NCBI GenBank assembly: GCA_964016885.1
Contig: OZ024745.1
Coordinates: forward strand, 105,214,001 to 105,278,000
Direction of reading: 5' to 3'
DNA from: Eledone cirrhosa
Lineage: Eukaryota
Length of the DNA: 64,000 nucleotides
Below are positions 51,130-64,000 of this stretch, piece by piece. The stretch's first letter is position 1; each line of letters begins with the position of its first letter. The position numbers and the translations under genes were made by a program. The notes below the pieces were generated by a model. It saw only the letters and a list, made by a program, of their open reading frames with translations, had not been told where the DNA came from and searched no databases.

Positions 51130-52880
51130 GATATACTAAAATAGGTATGTTTACATGTTTCGAAGGAAATGGTAATTGAACAATGTAGCAAGACTTCTAA
51201 TTTGAAAGCGCCGGTCTCCGATGGCATTCAAGGTTATTGGTTAACGAGATTCACGTAATTGCATGTGAGAATATCTATAGCACTGAATTAGATAATAAGT
51301 GATGAAGATTGGTTGCCAGCATGGACGACAATGGGAAGAATGATTTTCCCGTCAAACGGGAATGTTGCCGACAATTTCCGTTTAAAATGTTCATATCTCG
51401 CTCTGATGTGGAGAATTTTAACTGGAATTATTTCAGACAATATGTATTCATTTCTTGAAGCGGAATGACTATTGCTAGAAGACAAAACGGTTGTCTTAGG
51501 AAGAACAGAGAAATAAAAGTAAACTTCTGATAGACAAAATGATATTGAAGGATTGTAAGAAAAGACATACGAACATGGCAATCACCTGGGCAGATTACAA
51601 GAAATCGGATGATTCCGTTCCTCCCCCAGACAATAGAACGCCTTAAAGTATTTAGAATAACAAGCAATGTCAAATAATCCTTGAACGGAACATGACCAGG
51701 AAAACCACTGGGCAGTTGTAAAGAAACATCTTGTCTCCGCTACTGTTTGTACTGAACCTTTAACATTGATTTTACGAAAAACGGGTTTTACGTATGAGGC
51801 AAGGAATAGTAGTTCAAAATAAGCCATCTAGTGTTTATGGATGACCTAAAGATGTATGTAAATAACAGAGATCAAATAGATGAACTAGTAAAATTTGTTC
51901 ATATATTCAGCAAGCATATATGGATTTGAGGTTCAAGATGTATGGTGCATTGGTTTTATGGAGAGGAAAATCACGGGACAGTGTTTTCAGACGGACAGGT
52001 GATGAAATTCATCGAAGGCAGTGAATACACATAAGTGAATTTGAAGAATGCTATTTCAGAAAATTGTAACTGGCCCTAAAATAGAAATTGAATAAAAATA
52101 ATTATTATAAAAAACAGATTATAGAAAATCGCATGCAAGATATTTCAATGATAAGATAGATAATTGAGGTTATCAAATGAAGTAAACAAGATATTCGGAG
52201 AATGGATACAAAAAAAACAAACAAAAAAAAAAACACGAGAGACAATGACTATCAATAGTGCATTACATACAGAAAGAATTGTTAATAGAACTTATGTCCC
52301 CAGATTCGGGAGTAATAAGCTGTAAAAGTTGTATAACACCTGAGGAAAAGAATCTTGGTTAGTATACAAAGTGTTGAACCACGGCTGAAAAGAGTAAAAC
52401 AACGTGGCACCTTACAGACTGAAAGCTTATAGAAGAAACTGAGAAAAAGTGGATGTGTAAATTGATGTATGACCAATTTACAGGAGGCGTGGAATGTAGA
52501 GTAGCCAGGCACGCATTAGTGTAATTAATGTAAAAATCAGATATTAAGACCGATACGAAAACCGTAATATGTGTAGCATAAGTGTAATCTAAAAAAACTA
52601 ATTATGTGAAATATAGTATTGATAAAACCGTAAAGTCGCCATGTAAAATCAAAGAGAAAACTCTCAGCCACATTATAAGTAAATGCAGTAAACTAACACA
52701 AACGGAATAGAAATGTTGGCATGATAACATCACCAGGATCATGCATTGGAAGTTATGAGAGAAACATAAACTGAGTAGAAAAGAATAGTGCTAAAAGTAT
52801 TAGTCTGAACAAGTAATAAAGTCAGAAATGAAACTACTTCGGGACTACAGCAGCAAGCAATTTTGTAAAACCATAAAAAA
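51130..52880 (+). pseudogene. Heavily decayed R4/Dong-clade non-LTR ORF (RT and zinc finger)
   Basis: KISHLVFMDDLKMY near 51816-51857; SHIISKCSKLTQTE*KCWHDNITRIMHW near 52666-52750. Confidence 0.75.
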
Positions 52881-52904
52881 AAAGAGAAAACTATACTTGA
52901 AAAA

Positions 52905-53092
52905 ATAATTGTTTCTACTTTTGGCACAAGGCCAGAAATTACCCAGTGCATTACTGGTATTTTATTTTATCGACCCCGTAAGGATGAAAGGCAAAGTTAA
53001 CCTCGGCGGGATTCGAACTCGGAATGGAAAGGGGCGTAACTCTATGCGTCAAAGCATGGCGTCCGACCCTTTACTGATACTGCCAATCCACC
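52905..53092 (-). mobile_element. tRNA-head SINE
   Basis: Family consensus match. Confidence 0.9.
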
Positions 53093-53566
53093 ATGAAAAA
53101 ATATATACTTGAAAAAATAATAATAAATAAACATCTGACTAGGGAAACGTATATTCCAGGAGATGTCTTTATCACTTCTCCTCTTCTGTCTGGCATTAGC
53201 ACATTTAACAGGAATATTAAGCAGGACTGTACTTGAATACAAATGGTAAGACAATCTTTTGTATATTGAATGACAACAAGAAACAATACTACAGACGGAT
53301 TTATAAAAGTAATTGAATTCAGATTTGGATTAGAAAATTTGAGATTTGGATTAGAAAAGGTAACCTTGAAGATAAGAAATTTAATTAAAATTGCTAATAT
53401 CATGCTACATAAAATATTTAGATAAGATATTTAGCTCAAACACCGACATACAATTTCAAAATAAGATTTTACTAGCAAATCTACACTTTTCGTAACCCTA
53501 GTAGGAAAAATCCAGCCTGTTGATCTGTGTTTATCTGGACATTAAACACATCATTAATTATAAACC

Positions 53567-53748
53567 TGGATTGGCAGTATCGGTAGAGGATCGGACGCCA
53601 TGCTTTCCAGCATAGTTACATCCCTTTACGATCTGAGTTCAAATCACGCCGAGGTTGACTTTGCCTTTCATCCTTACGGGTCGATAAAATAAAGTACCAG
53701 TAATGCACTGGGTATTTGCTGGCCTTGTGCCTAACGTAGAAACAATTA
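53567..53748 (+). mobile_element. tRNA-head SINE
   Basis: Family consensus match. Confidence 0.9.
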
Positions 53749-54299
53749 ATTATAAACCTACCAATCACCAAATTAGATTAGAATAACTACAATTACATCT
53801 CATAGTGTGATTACCTTCAAATATTTATAAGAGTATATACATGTACAGTACACAATCACGGGATATTTCGATTACGTTCTTCTCTTATCTTATAACGCCA
53901 ACTCTTTTTTTTTCCATTATATAATTGCCTTAGCTAACTGCCAATACTTAATAGAAAACTTACGTTAGCAACACAACATTCTCCTTCATCTACCGCCTTA
54001 AATTAATATCTATAAACTCAACCAATACTATCAAATATTCCTTACAACCTAAAATATCCAATCATCAACTAACCTATTTCGTTTTGCCTTTAAATTAAAC
54101 CCCATCATCCGAACTTACAACTCCAACTTTGATAGTTATTCTTACTCTCGTGCATCTCCGCCTGTTTCAAATATTTTCTACCATTGATTTATTTTTATAT
54201 CCTTATAACAGTCACAACATATGTTCATAGATATTTATCTTAACACCTAAATTATTTGCCTTCTGTTTCTTAATTACGTTTATATATATACCTAAAAAT

Positions 54300-54910
<611 letters not shown>

Positions 54911-55460
54911 GTTAAAATTAGATTACTACAAAAAAAAAGAATAAACAGAAAGAAAATGCTCAAAATGTAAAACGGTAAAATAGTATAATTAAAGACTAAC
55001 AATATGAAAAAATGTAACATAACACAATAGAAAACCACAGAAAGGCAAAGAAAAAAGTAATATAAAGAACAAGAAAAATGTATGTTTGTTATATTTTATA
55101 TAACGGTCTTTTGACATGTTCCTTATTTATATTCATTGAAAATTCGATGATAACACAAGAAAGGTCAGTAAACTACCGCCAGAATCCTTCAGTTGTAGTC
55201 TAGCTTCAAATCAACTTATTTTTAGAACTTTATCAACATCTATGGACCTTTGTAGGGTTCACTGACTTCTGTAGGGTGTGGAGGCAGCTGCCTGGCCCTA
55301 ATGCTTGCAATAAAGTTATCCAATGACCAAGTATTGGTGTTGTACAGGGTGACGAATTAGGTTTAACACAGAAGAACCGGAATGCTGACTCTGACATGCT
55401 TTCACACTGTTTCGGTCGACCAAATTTCACTTACAAGGCTTTGTTCAAGAAGTGGCTATG

Positions 55461-55654
55461 CAGACCTGCTAACCTCTAAAAATCCAAACGGGGTGTTCCA
55501 TGAAAAAAGTGCCCCAAAACGGGGAGAAATGAAGCAAAATGCGGAAATTTTACGTAATGAAAGCCATACTCATTTTCACTAGAGAAAACATCTCTCACCC
55601 ACCCCAAAGTGGATGAGAGATCTCCCCGTCGGACGGGGAGAGTTGACAGGTCTG
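55461..55654. mobile_element. MITE, CAGACCTG family
   Basis: cagacctgctaac...gttgacaggtctg; homologous to 40576-40747; TSD not preserved. Confidence 0.65.
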
Positions 55655-56018
55655 TTTATAGTATAACACACTATATGGTCAATATGGTCTGAATAAGTAT
55701 ATCACTGATAAAAAAGGCCGCGAATTGGCAGAGTCGGTAAAACGTCAGATAGAATGACATGTGGTATTGACTCCCTTCTTCTGCAGTCCGAGTTCTATCT
55801 CCACCGAGACCAAGGATATATTTCATCCCTTTTTGGGTCGATAAATAAAATATAAATGAAGTAATAAAGTCAATTTCTCTCTTTTATTTGTCTTTCGAAA
55901 TAGGCTTCATGAAAGTGTGAAGAAAAGATTATTCCAATCCCAGCCTCACTAACCATTTTCCTTCACTTTATGAATACACCAACTAAAGAATGATCGAACA
56001 CATTCCGCATGTGAATAA

Positions 56019-56394
56019 CACACCTGTCAACTCTTCCCATCCGACGAGGAGATCTCCAACCCACTTTGGGATGGGTAAAAGATATCTTCTTTTGTGAAAA
56101 TGTGTATAGCTTTCATAATGCAAAATCTCCTCGGTAGAGGGTTGGACGCCATGCTTTCTAGTATAGTTACGCCCCTTTACGGTCTGAGTTCAAATCCCGT
56201 CGAGGTTAACTTCGCCTTTCATCCTTACGGGGTCGATAAAATCAAGTACCAGTAATGTACTGGGTAATTGCTGGCCTGGTGCCCAAAGTAGAAACAATTA
56301 TGTAAAATCTCCCCATTTTGTCTCATTTCACCCCGTTTTGGGGCACATTTTTCATGGTACGCCCCATTTGGGGTTTTAGAAATTAGCAGGTCTG
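56019..56394. mobile_element. MITE, CAGACCTG family, interrupted by a SINE (56131-56300)
   Basis: TSD gaataa on both sides; SINE TSD atgcaaaatctcc/atgtaaaatctcc. Confidence 0.75.
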
Positions 56395-56833
56395 GAATAA
56401 AAATATATTAAATGAAAAAATATTTGAAGATTTTTTGCCTAGCAAGTCTCTTGATCTGAGCCCGTGTGTTGAAACTAGAATAGTTACAATGTAGAATATT
56501 CTAGCCTTTCGAAAACACCCAGAAACAGTTACCGTTACTTTATATTTATCATTTATTTCTTGGTGTCAACATTTTCGTCGCACTGTCTACGGCAACACAG
56601 TTCCACTGCAACATTTGTAATGAAATAATATAAAACAATATAGTAGTAGTGAATATGGTAAGCGGTGGATAATGTAGAAATGAAAATGAAATATGAAAAC
56701 AAACAAACAAGGAGAGGAGTTAAAGAAAGCAAGAGTGAGGGAGGTAGCGGTAGAAAACAAAAGAGGATAAACGCAAAAAAATAAATGAAAAATATATTGT
56801 AGATGTAAGAATATCTTTCTTTCTCTCATTCCT

Positions 56834-56947
<114 letters not shown>

Positions 56948-57144
56948 ATGTATGTATATATGTAAGTTCCCTCTCTTGGGCTATTTTAGTGCCTTGTGCA
57001 TTGAGGGGTTATTGGTCAACAAATCGATTTTTTAAAATACATTTTTTATGCATGCGTAAACAGAAACAGAAGCGAGAATGAATAGATAAATTATTTTAAT
57101 AAAAATAGCGTAGACATTACAATACAACATAAGAAAACATAATA

Positions 57145-57189
57145 GTACCACTGATGATGTCACACATGTGTGACAAAAGAAATTTGGTA
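57145..57189 (+). ncRNA. Degenerate hammerhead
   Basis: tacca CTGATGA t gtcacac at gtgtgac AAAA gaaatt tggta; GAAA has mutated, consistent with CpG decay. Confidence 0.45.
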
Positions 57190-57378
57190 GACTATATATA
57201 TATATATTTTCATATCTGTATTTTTAACCGCTGGTCAATCAAATTTAATTGCCAGATAAATTAACTATGGAGATATAAAAGATACAGAAGTGAAAACCAT
57301 TCCAAACCAAACAGTGAGTGTGTTTTATTATTATTTCTGGCAATATTATAACAATATGACCCTCCTTAAATATAACAA

Positions 57379-57442
<64 letters not shown>

Positions 57443-57518
57443 AAAATGAAACGGGAACGAAAACAGAGAGGCAGTACAAACAAAGGTTTATATATATATA
57501 AAGGTTTATATATATAAA

Positions 57519-57552
<34 letters not shown>

Positions 57553-57554
<2 letters not shown>

Positions 57555-57793
57555 TAAATATGCTTTGAAACAGTGAGCAGGTTTTAAATTAGAAAATAGA
57601 ATAGCTTTCACCGTATTTTTTTTACTAAAGCAATCAATTTTAGTCTGATAATGGGGTTTAGAACCCTCAGATAAATGGAAAAACATGAGTATTGACGTAC
57701 ATGTACGACAATACTCATCTTTTTCCATTTATCTTAGGGTTCTAAACCCCATTATCAGACTAAAATTTCTTTAGTAAAAACATACGGTGAAAG
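57553..57793. mobile_element. Fold-back element in (TA)n (arms about 57606-57698 and 57705-57793) with one-sided tail
   Basis: About 90-bp inverted repeat; no intact ribozyme core. Confidence 0.7.
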
Positions 57794-57814
57794 ATATATA
57801 TATATATATATATA

Positions 57815-58142
57815 TCACCTTGACCGACCAGTCTGTCGGGCGCCAATCAACGCCTCTGGTCACAGCACGTCGTGCTATTTTAGCCATAAGATAACGCCAT
57901 CCCTCTATCTGGGCGGGCAGGTCGGTACTCATTTCTACAGATGAGTAAACTGGAACATGAAATAAAGTGTCTTGCTCAAGGAAACAACACATCACCTGGT
58001 CGGAGAATTGAACTCACAACCTTTCGATTGCAAGCCCAATGCTCTAACCACTAAGCCATACGCCATATATATATATATATATATATATTAAACAACACAT
58101 CACCCGATCGGAGAATTGAACTCACAACCTTTCGATTGCAAT
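57815..58142 (-). mobile_element. Second tRNA-derived SINE family (full copy 57815-58064 plus partial duplicate)
   Basis: Reverse complement ggcgtatggcttagtggttagagcattgggcttgcaatcgaaaggttgtgagttcaatt..gtgttgtttccttgagcaagacac. Confidence 0.8.
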
Positions 58143-58591
58143 ATAATATAATATATATATAATATATATAATATATATATAATATATTTAATACAATAAC
58201 AGAGATAGTTTAAAGCTAAACTCTGACTGGTAACCATCTCACTCAACAAACATTAGGTTATATTAAAATATAAACCCAATTTAAGTGTTTGGGGTGCTAA
58301 CAAAATGTATAATGTGGAAAAACCAGTTGTATTATTTTATGAGATATAATTAAAGTTAAAGTATATCTCTCTTTCCAAACAATTGTTTCATTATAAGTTT
58401 TCTACAAGTTTGGGAGAATGTTTCCAGTTTATGTAGAAGCCTAATATATATTCATGTAATAATATATTTAGGTGGGCACTTATAAATCGTCAGTGGAAAG
58501 GCCAGCAATTACCCAGTGCATTACTGATACTTTATCTTATCGACCCCGTAAGGATGAAAGGCAAAGTCAACCTTTATATATATATATATAT

Positions 58592-58788
58592 GGCGCATGG
58601 CTCAGTGGTTAGAGCATTGGGCTTGCAATCGAAAGGTTGTGAGTTCAATTCGCGGACCGGGTGATGTGTTGTTTCCTTGAGCAAGACACTTTATTTCACA
58701 TGCTCCAGTTTCCTCAGCTGTAGAAGTGAGATGAAGAGGTACCGGCCTGCCCGCCCAGCCAGTGGGATGGCGTTATCTTATGGCTAAA
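58592..58788 (+). mobile_element. Second tRNA-derived SINE family, 3'-truncated
   Basis: A-box tggctcagtgg, B-box gagttcaattc, core tgttgtttccttgagcaagacacttta. Confidence 0.8.
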
Positions 58789-59064
58789 ATGAAAAAAAAA
58801 CGAGGTGTCCTACACGAGTGAAAGTATAAGGAAAAAAGATGAAATCGAAAATGCAACTGGAGTCAACTGGTTCCTTTACCGGTTTCACAGTCCTTGTGCT
58901 TTTCAAAAGAAGAGTTGAGATGGAGGGTTTGTGGCACAAGGACTGCGAAACCGGTAAAGGAACCAGTTGACTCCAGTTGCATTTTCGATTTCATCTTTTT
59001 TCCTTATACTTTCACTCGTGTAGGACACCACGTTTCTTTTCATTTTGTAAACAAACCACACTTT
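58786..59064 (+). mobile_element. Fold-back element (arms 58786-58899 and 58934-59046); U3-A8 hammerhead on minus strand 58871-58911
   Basis: ttctt TTGAAAA gca caaggac tgy GAAAC CG GTA aaggaa; same family as 16846-17052. Confidence 0.7.
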
Positions 59065-59259
59065 ATATATATATATATATATAATATATATATATACACA
59101 TATATATACTCATTTACTCGTACATTTATTAAAATGTCTATGTATGTATATGCATTTATATATTTATATATATACATTTATCACTGTCCCCTTCTTTACT
59201 TTTTCGCTCTTTATCCATTCAACTGTCAGCTGGTTTCCATGTCTACATACGTATCCATT

Positions 59260-59338
59260 TATGTATATATGTACACATACATACACATCCTATTATACGC
59301 GCGTGTGTACGTGTATCTACACCAGCCACACACACAGA

Positions 59339-59415
<77 letters not shown>

Positions 59416-60060
59416 CACATACACACACATACATACAAACACATCCTGATATACGCGTGTGTGTACGTGCATCTACACACATACACACACCCACACTCAC
59501 GTACACACACACATTTACACACGCACACACCACATATACACACACATACATAAACACACACACATCCTAATATACGCGTGTGTGTATGTGCATCTACACC
59601 ACCACCCCTACATACACCCACAGATACACACACTCACACACGCACACATTCACACGCACGCGAACCACATACACACACACAGACACATACATACACACAC
59701 ATCCTAATATACGCGCGTGAGTGTACGTGCATCTACACACACACACACACACACACACGTATACCACACACCCACCACACACCCGCACACATACACACCC
59801 ACACATACACACACACACCACACACCCACACATATACACACCCACATCACACACCCACACACAAATACCTACACCCACACATACACACACACATACCTAC
59901 ACACACACTCACACCCACACACACACCCACCACACACCCACACACACACCACACACCCGCCACACACCCACACCACACACCCACACATACACACACACAT
60001 ACCTACACACACACTCACACACCACACCTACACCTACACACACACATTCATACACATATG
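59260..60060. repeat. CA-rich low-complexity array
   Basis: Direct reading. Confidence 0.9.
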
Positions 60061-60360
60061 CCATACGCCCACGTATTTCACGTCTACTGTTGCTGCAATC
60101 CTCATGGTTTGATTGGGTGGGTACAGACATCTGTTTGGCAGTTCAATATTTAGTGTTTTCACTGCTATCCGACTCTACTAAGACACCATTTTCATATCTC
60201 CCTCAATATCTATCAGCCGATCTATCGATCTTTTTTCTTCTTCTCACGTCTTTTGTTTGTTTCTTTCTTGCATTTTTTTTTTATTTCAGTCTTGCCTTCT
60301 TCTTTCATTTTGTGATTCCCATCTCTACAACTAGAAGTAGCTATTTTGCAATAGATACAG

Positions 60361-60443
<83 letters not shown>

Positions 60444-60656
60444 CTTATTGTTTCTCAAGAATGATTACATTTCACTCTTCCCGTCTTCTTTCTCTTTCTC
60501 TACCTATTTATATTTCATCCTGTCTTTCTCTCTATCTATCTTTCTGTCTGTCTGTAGCTCCCTTTCTTATCTCTCCCCCCCTCTCTCTCTCTCCCCTTAT
60601 CTATCTATCTATCTATCTATCTATCTGTCTATCTATCTATCTATACATCTTTACAC

Positions 60657-60745
60657 TGTGATAACATTTTACACGTTTTTATTGTATGTAAACTTCCCCC
60701 TTTGTATTTGTCCCCTTCTTTTGTGCCCATGTGGCTAATAAAGAA

Positions 60746-60746
<1 letters not shown>
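60657..60746 (+). mobile_element. 90-bp 3' tip of the Tx1-like element with target-site duplication
   Basis: Matches 9230-9319; (CTAT)n-acatctttacac occurs on both sides (60645-60656 and 60800-60811). Confidence 0.85.
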
Positions 60747-60799
<53 letters not shown>

Positions 60800-61500
60800 A
60801 CATCTTTACACCAATCCTTAGATTAATCCACTCACTCTTTATATATATATATTTTTTTTAACACACACACACATACGCACGCACACACAGACACACATAT
60901 GTATATATATATATATATATATATATCGTTGGTTTCATTTATGAAAGCGTTCTAGCTAACTTATTATATTCCGGAAATTGTAACTCCATCCTTCTAGTTT
61001 TGCTGCACAACAGCCGGCTGAAAAATCTATTGAAATGCTCTTAATAATCACAAGAATGGTTACATAGCTGTAAATTGAGCTGGTATTGAATAATGACTGA
61101 ATATTCAAACTCAGAGCTGCCTTTTATCTATAAGATTGCTGAGCCAACTAGTAACCTTTAGGCGGTCGTACGACCTGCTACAGAAAGCAAACCAAATATT
61201 CTTGAAATAATATTTTACAGTCTTTAAAAAGAACACGCTGGAGACTGTAAGTAAAGGGTACAATACTTATAAAAAATAACAGTCTACTGGGTTGAACACG
61301 AAATTAAATACATTGCATTCAAGGAAAAGTGTAACCATTTTAGGTGGCGTAAACACAGTTTGAATAAGTTATAATTTGTTAATATTATCTCTTCAATGAG
61401 GTCACTCCCATATCATCCATCTTCTTGCTAGAAATAGAAGCAAAATATTCCTCAGATTGTACTCTTCTTCTTCTTCTTCTTCTTGCCAAACATTATTAGC

Positions 61501-61677
61501 GTGAATTGGCAGTATCGGTAGAAGGTCGGACATGCTTTCCAGCATAGTTACGTCCCTTTACGATCTGAGTTCAAATCTGGCCGAGGTTAACTTTGCCTTT
61601 CATCCTTACAAGGACGATAAAATAAAGTAATGTACTGGGTAATTGCTGGCCTTGTGCCTAAAATAGAAACAATTATT
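61501..61677 (+). mobile_element. tRNA-head SINE
   Basis: Family consensus match. Confidence 0.85.
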
Positions 61678-62471
61678 AGCTTCTGTGTTTTTAACCGACA
61701 TGTTTTAAACTAAACGTTAATAAAATAAAAATAAATTAAACAACGATGCATATATGGGAAAGAACAACACAAGAAAACCACTAGAAACGAAATACAGCAT
61801 GCCCAAAGAAAAGTGTAGAATCGAAAATCAATTCTGTTTTCGCTCACTTATTCCTGAGAGTGTCGTGGGGGCAGAGTCCTCAAACTCTCTTTCCAGCGGG
61901 TCCTGTCAGAAGCAACCGTCTCCAACTGAACCGGCTGGATCCACAAACGAGAATAGCCAAGCTCATGGATAATATCCAGCCAGCCTGCTCGGTTATCCTG
62001 GGTATCCTGCCGGTTGGTTTTGCCCTTAAAATCTGTCCAGCCATTCTTTCCTAAGACATTCTAACTACATCCCCATAGTATCAGAGCTGTGATTTCTCAA
62101 TTCGGAGAAGTAGCAGCTCTACCTGGAATGACTCTGATCTCTGAACTACGCACTTTGAGTAACGTTACTTTAAAGAACCTTCGGAGGAACCCCATTTTGG
62201 CCCCTTGTATTCACGATCCTTTTAAAATAGACAAGCACACATGAGATAATGTGGTCCATAAAACAACATCACAGCAGGTTTATCTTTGATTACTGGCTGA
62301 TCAATCAATGGTAACCTCGGATCAAACAACAGCGGTAACAAAAACATGTTTCAAGACGAGTCAATGATATGCGCTCCCTTATTCTTCGAGAAATAGCAGC
62401 TAAATCCTTCTCAGACTACACTCTTCTGCTATCATAAGATTACGATTGACTAAATTCTTCTGGAGACCCTA

Positions 62472-62658
62472 TAATAATAATTGTTTTTATTTTTGGCTCA
62501 AGGCCAGCAAATACCCAGTGCATTACTGGGACTTTATTTTATCGACCCTGTAAGGATGAAAGGCAAAGTTAACCTCTGCGGGATTTGAACTCAGAATGGC
62601 AAGGGCCGTAACTATGCGTCAAAGCATGGCGTCCGACCCTCTACCGATACTGCCAATC
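62472..62658 (-). mobile_element. tRNA-head SINE
   Basis: Family consensus match. Confidence 0.9.
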
Positions 62659-62673
62659 TATAATAATAATAAA

Positions 62674-63250
62674 GTACCTCAAGGCAGCAAACTCGGTCCT
62701 CTTTTGTTTCTAATCATGTTGTCAGATATAAACAAGAATATACATTCGGACAACCTCAGCATCTAAGTTTACGACACTGAAGTGATACTGAAAATCAAAA
62801 CACACGGAGATAATACTCTCTAAATGGCCATATACGACTGAACTCACCATGATATTATCATATTTATTAACGCAATTCCATGCTCTTCCTTTAGAACGAA
62901 AATCAGCAAGAAAATATTCAATCTTCTACTAAACGAGGAAACAATTCAAACCTTTTAATATGCTAGTGATATGGACGTGGTTAGTTACGTCTGCGGATCT
63001 CTGTTTTTCTTGAGTCATATCAACAGATTTACGATAACATGCCAGCAGCTTATAATCCGGGAAAAGAGAAATTTTATCATTATAAGAAACCTGACTGTTA
63101 TGTTGATATTCTGGGAATTATTTTCACCAAGTTTATTGGATTAGTATTCCCAGCTTTTGGTCTCCAAAAAGAGATTGAAAACAAAAAAAAAAACAATTAA
63201 AAAAAAGGAATCATGAAAGCCAGAGATTTGAACTACTTGAGACGCTACCA
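62674..63250 (+). pseudogene. CR1/L2-type LINE RT remnant
   Basis: gtacctcaaggcagcaaactcggtcctcttttgtttctaatc = VPQGSKLGPLLFLI; downstream extent uncertain. Confidence 0.7.
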
Positions 63251-63704
63251 CAAACTATGTATCTATACCTGAGCTTTCAAAACAATTAACTTCAACGACA
63301 CTTTTTTTTTATTAAGGATATTTTTTCACGACACATTATTTTTTTGTCAGTAACACGAAATTAACGAAATTAATAAATAAACAATTAAATGTTGTCATCT
63401 AATCGTACATAGAGTTAATGGATATCAAATATACTTCACAGCCAAAAATATTTCAGAGTTGATTTCTTTTCAGTTCCAATTACGACTTAGATTCGTGACA
63501 AACCCAGAAGTTAACGATTACTTACCTAAGTGTCATGACAAACAGTTTCGAAATGTTTGCTTTAGAAGAACATCCTACATACATAGGAAGTCTCCATAAC
63601 TTGTTACCTAACAGAATGAACAAGAGAACTGGTAGCTACTGTCTGATCTCAAAATGCACTTCTCCAATCTCTTGCATCAGGTTCTGTCACATAGTTGTCG
63701 CCGT

Positions 63705-64000
63705 GATGAAGGTGATGATGATGATGATGATAATGATGATGATGATGATGATGATGATATTCGGTAAATGCACCAAAGACGTTCACCATTACCCCACATC
63801 CTAAGTACTACAATTACTACCACCACCACCACCACTACTACTACTACTACTACAACTACTACTACTAGTGTTGCTGCTACTATTACTACCACTATTACTA
63901 CCACCACCACCACCACCACCACCACCACCACCACTACTACTACTACTACTAGAAGTGCTGCTGCTACTTTTACCACCACCACCACCACTACTACTACTAC
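63705..64000. repeat. (ATG)n and (ACT/ACC)n trinucleotide arrays
   Basis: Direct reading. Confidence 0.95.

Noticed and set aside
57640-57680. Hammerhead in the 57553 palindrome (CTGATAA..GATAA)
   Set aside because: Both core boxes deviate, no stem I or stem III is found, and it reads toward the axis unlike the others
58592-58665. tRNA gene
   Set aside because: A and B boxes are present, but the acceptor stem does not close and the sequence runs into a SINE core found in several copies
61754-62200. Host exon in a GC-richer patch
   Set aside because: No convincing splice-bounded frame; it looks more like a decayed minus-strand RTE LINE fragment

Overview
This is AT-rich, microsatellite-dense eukaryotic intergenic or intronic DNA with no convincing host exon. 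The repeat content resembles a mollusc or coleoid cephalopod genome, but that is inference only. Almost all long ORFs are microsatellite artefacts or decayed transposons. Recognisable elements are: one complete, mutated Gypsy (CsRn1-like) LTR retrotransposon; five copies of a Tx1/L1-clade non-LTR element, all sitting in (TATC)n arrays; fragments of CRE, R4/Dong, CR1/L2, mariner and Penelope-type RT; a non-autonomous Helitron; about 20 tRNA-head SINEs; and MITEs. The most striking signal is not shown by the ORF track: more than a dozen short, mostly (TA)n-embedded, fold-back or partially tandem elements from several unrelated sequence families. Each carries a type I hammerhead ribozyme (full, U3-A8 core variant, or cut at the fold-back axis), and many share a GAGYRCT-like tail motif. 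They look like non-autonomous Penelope-like pseudo-LTR or retrozyme elements. All folds were derived by eye and coordinates may be off by a few bases.
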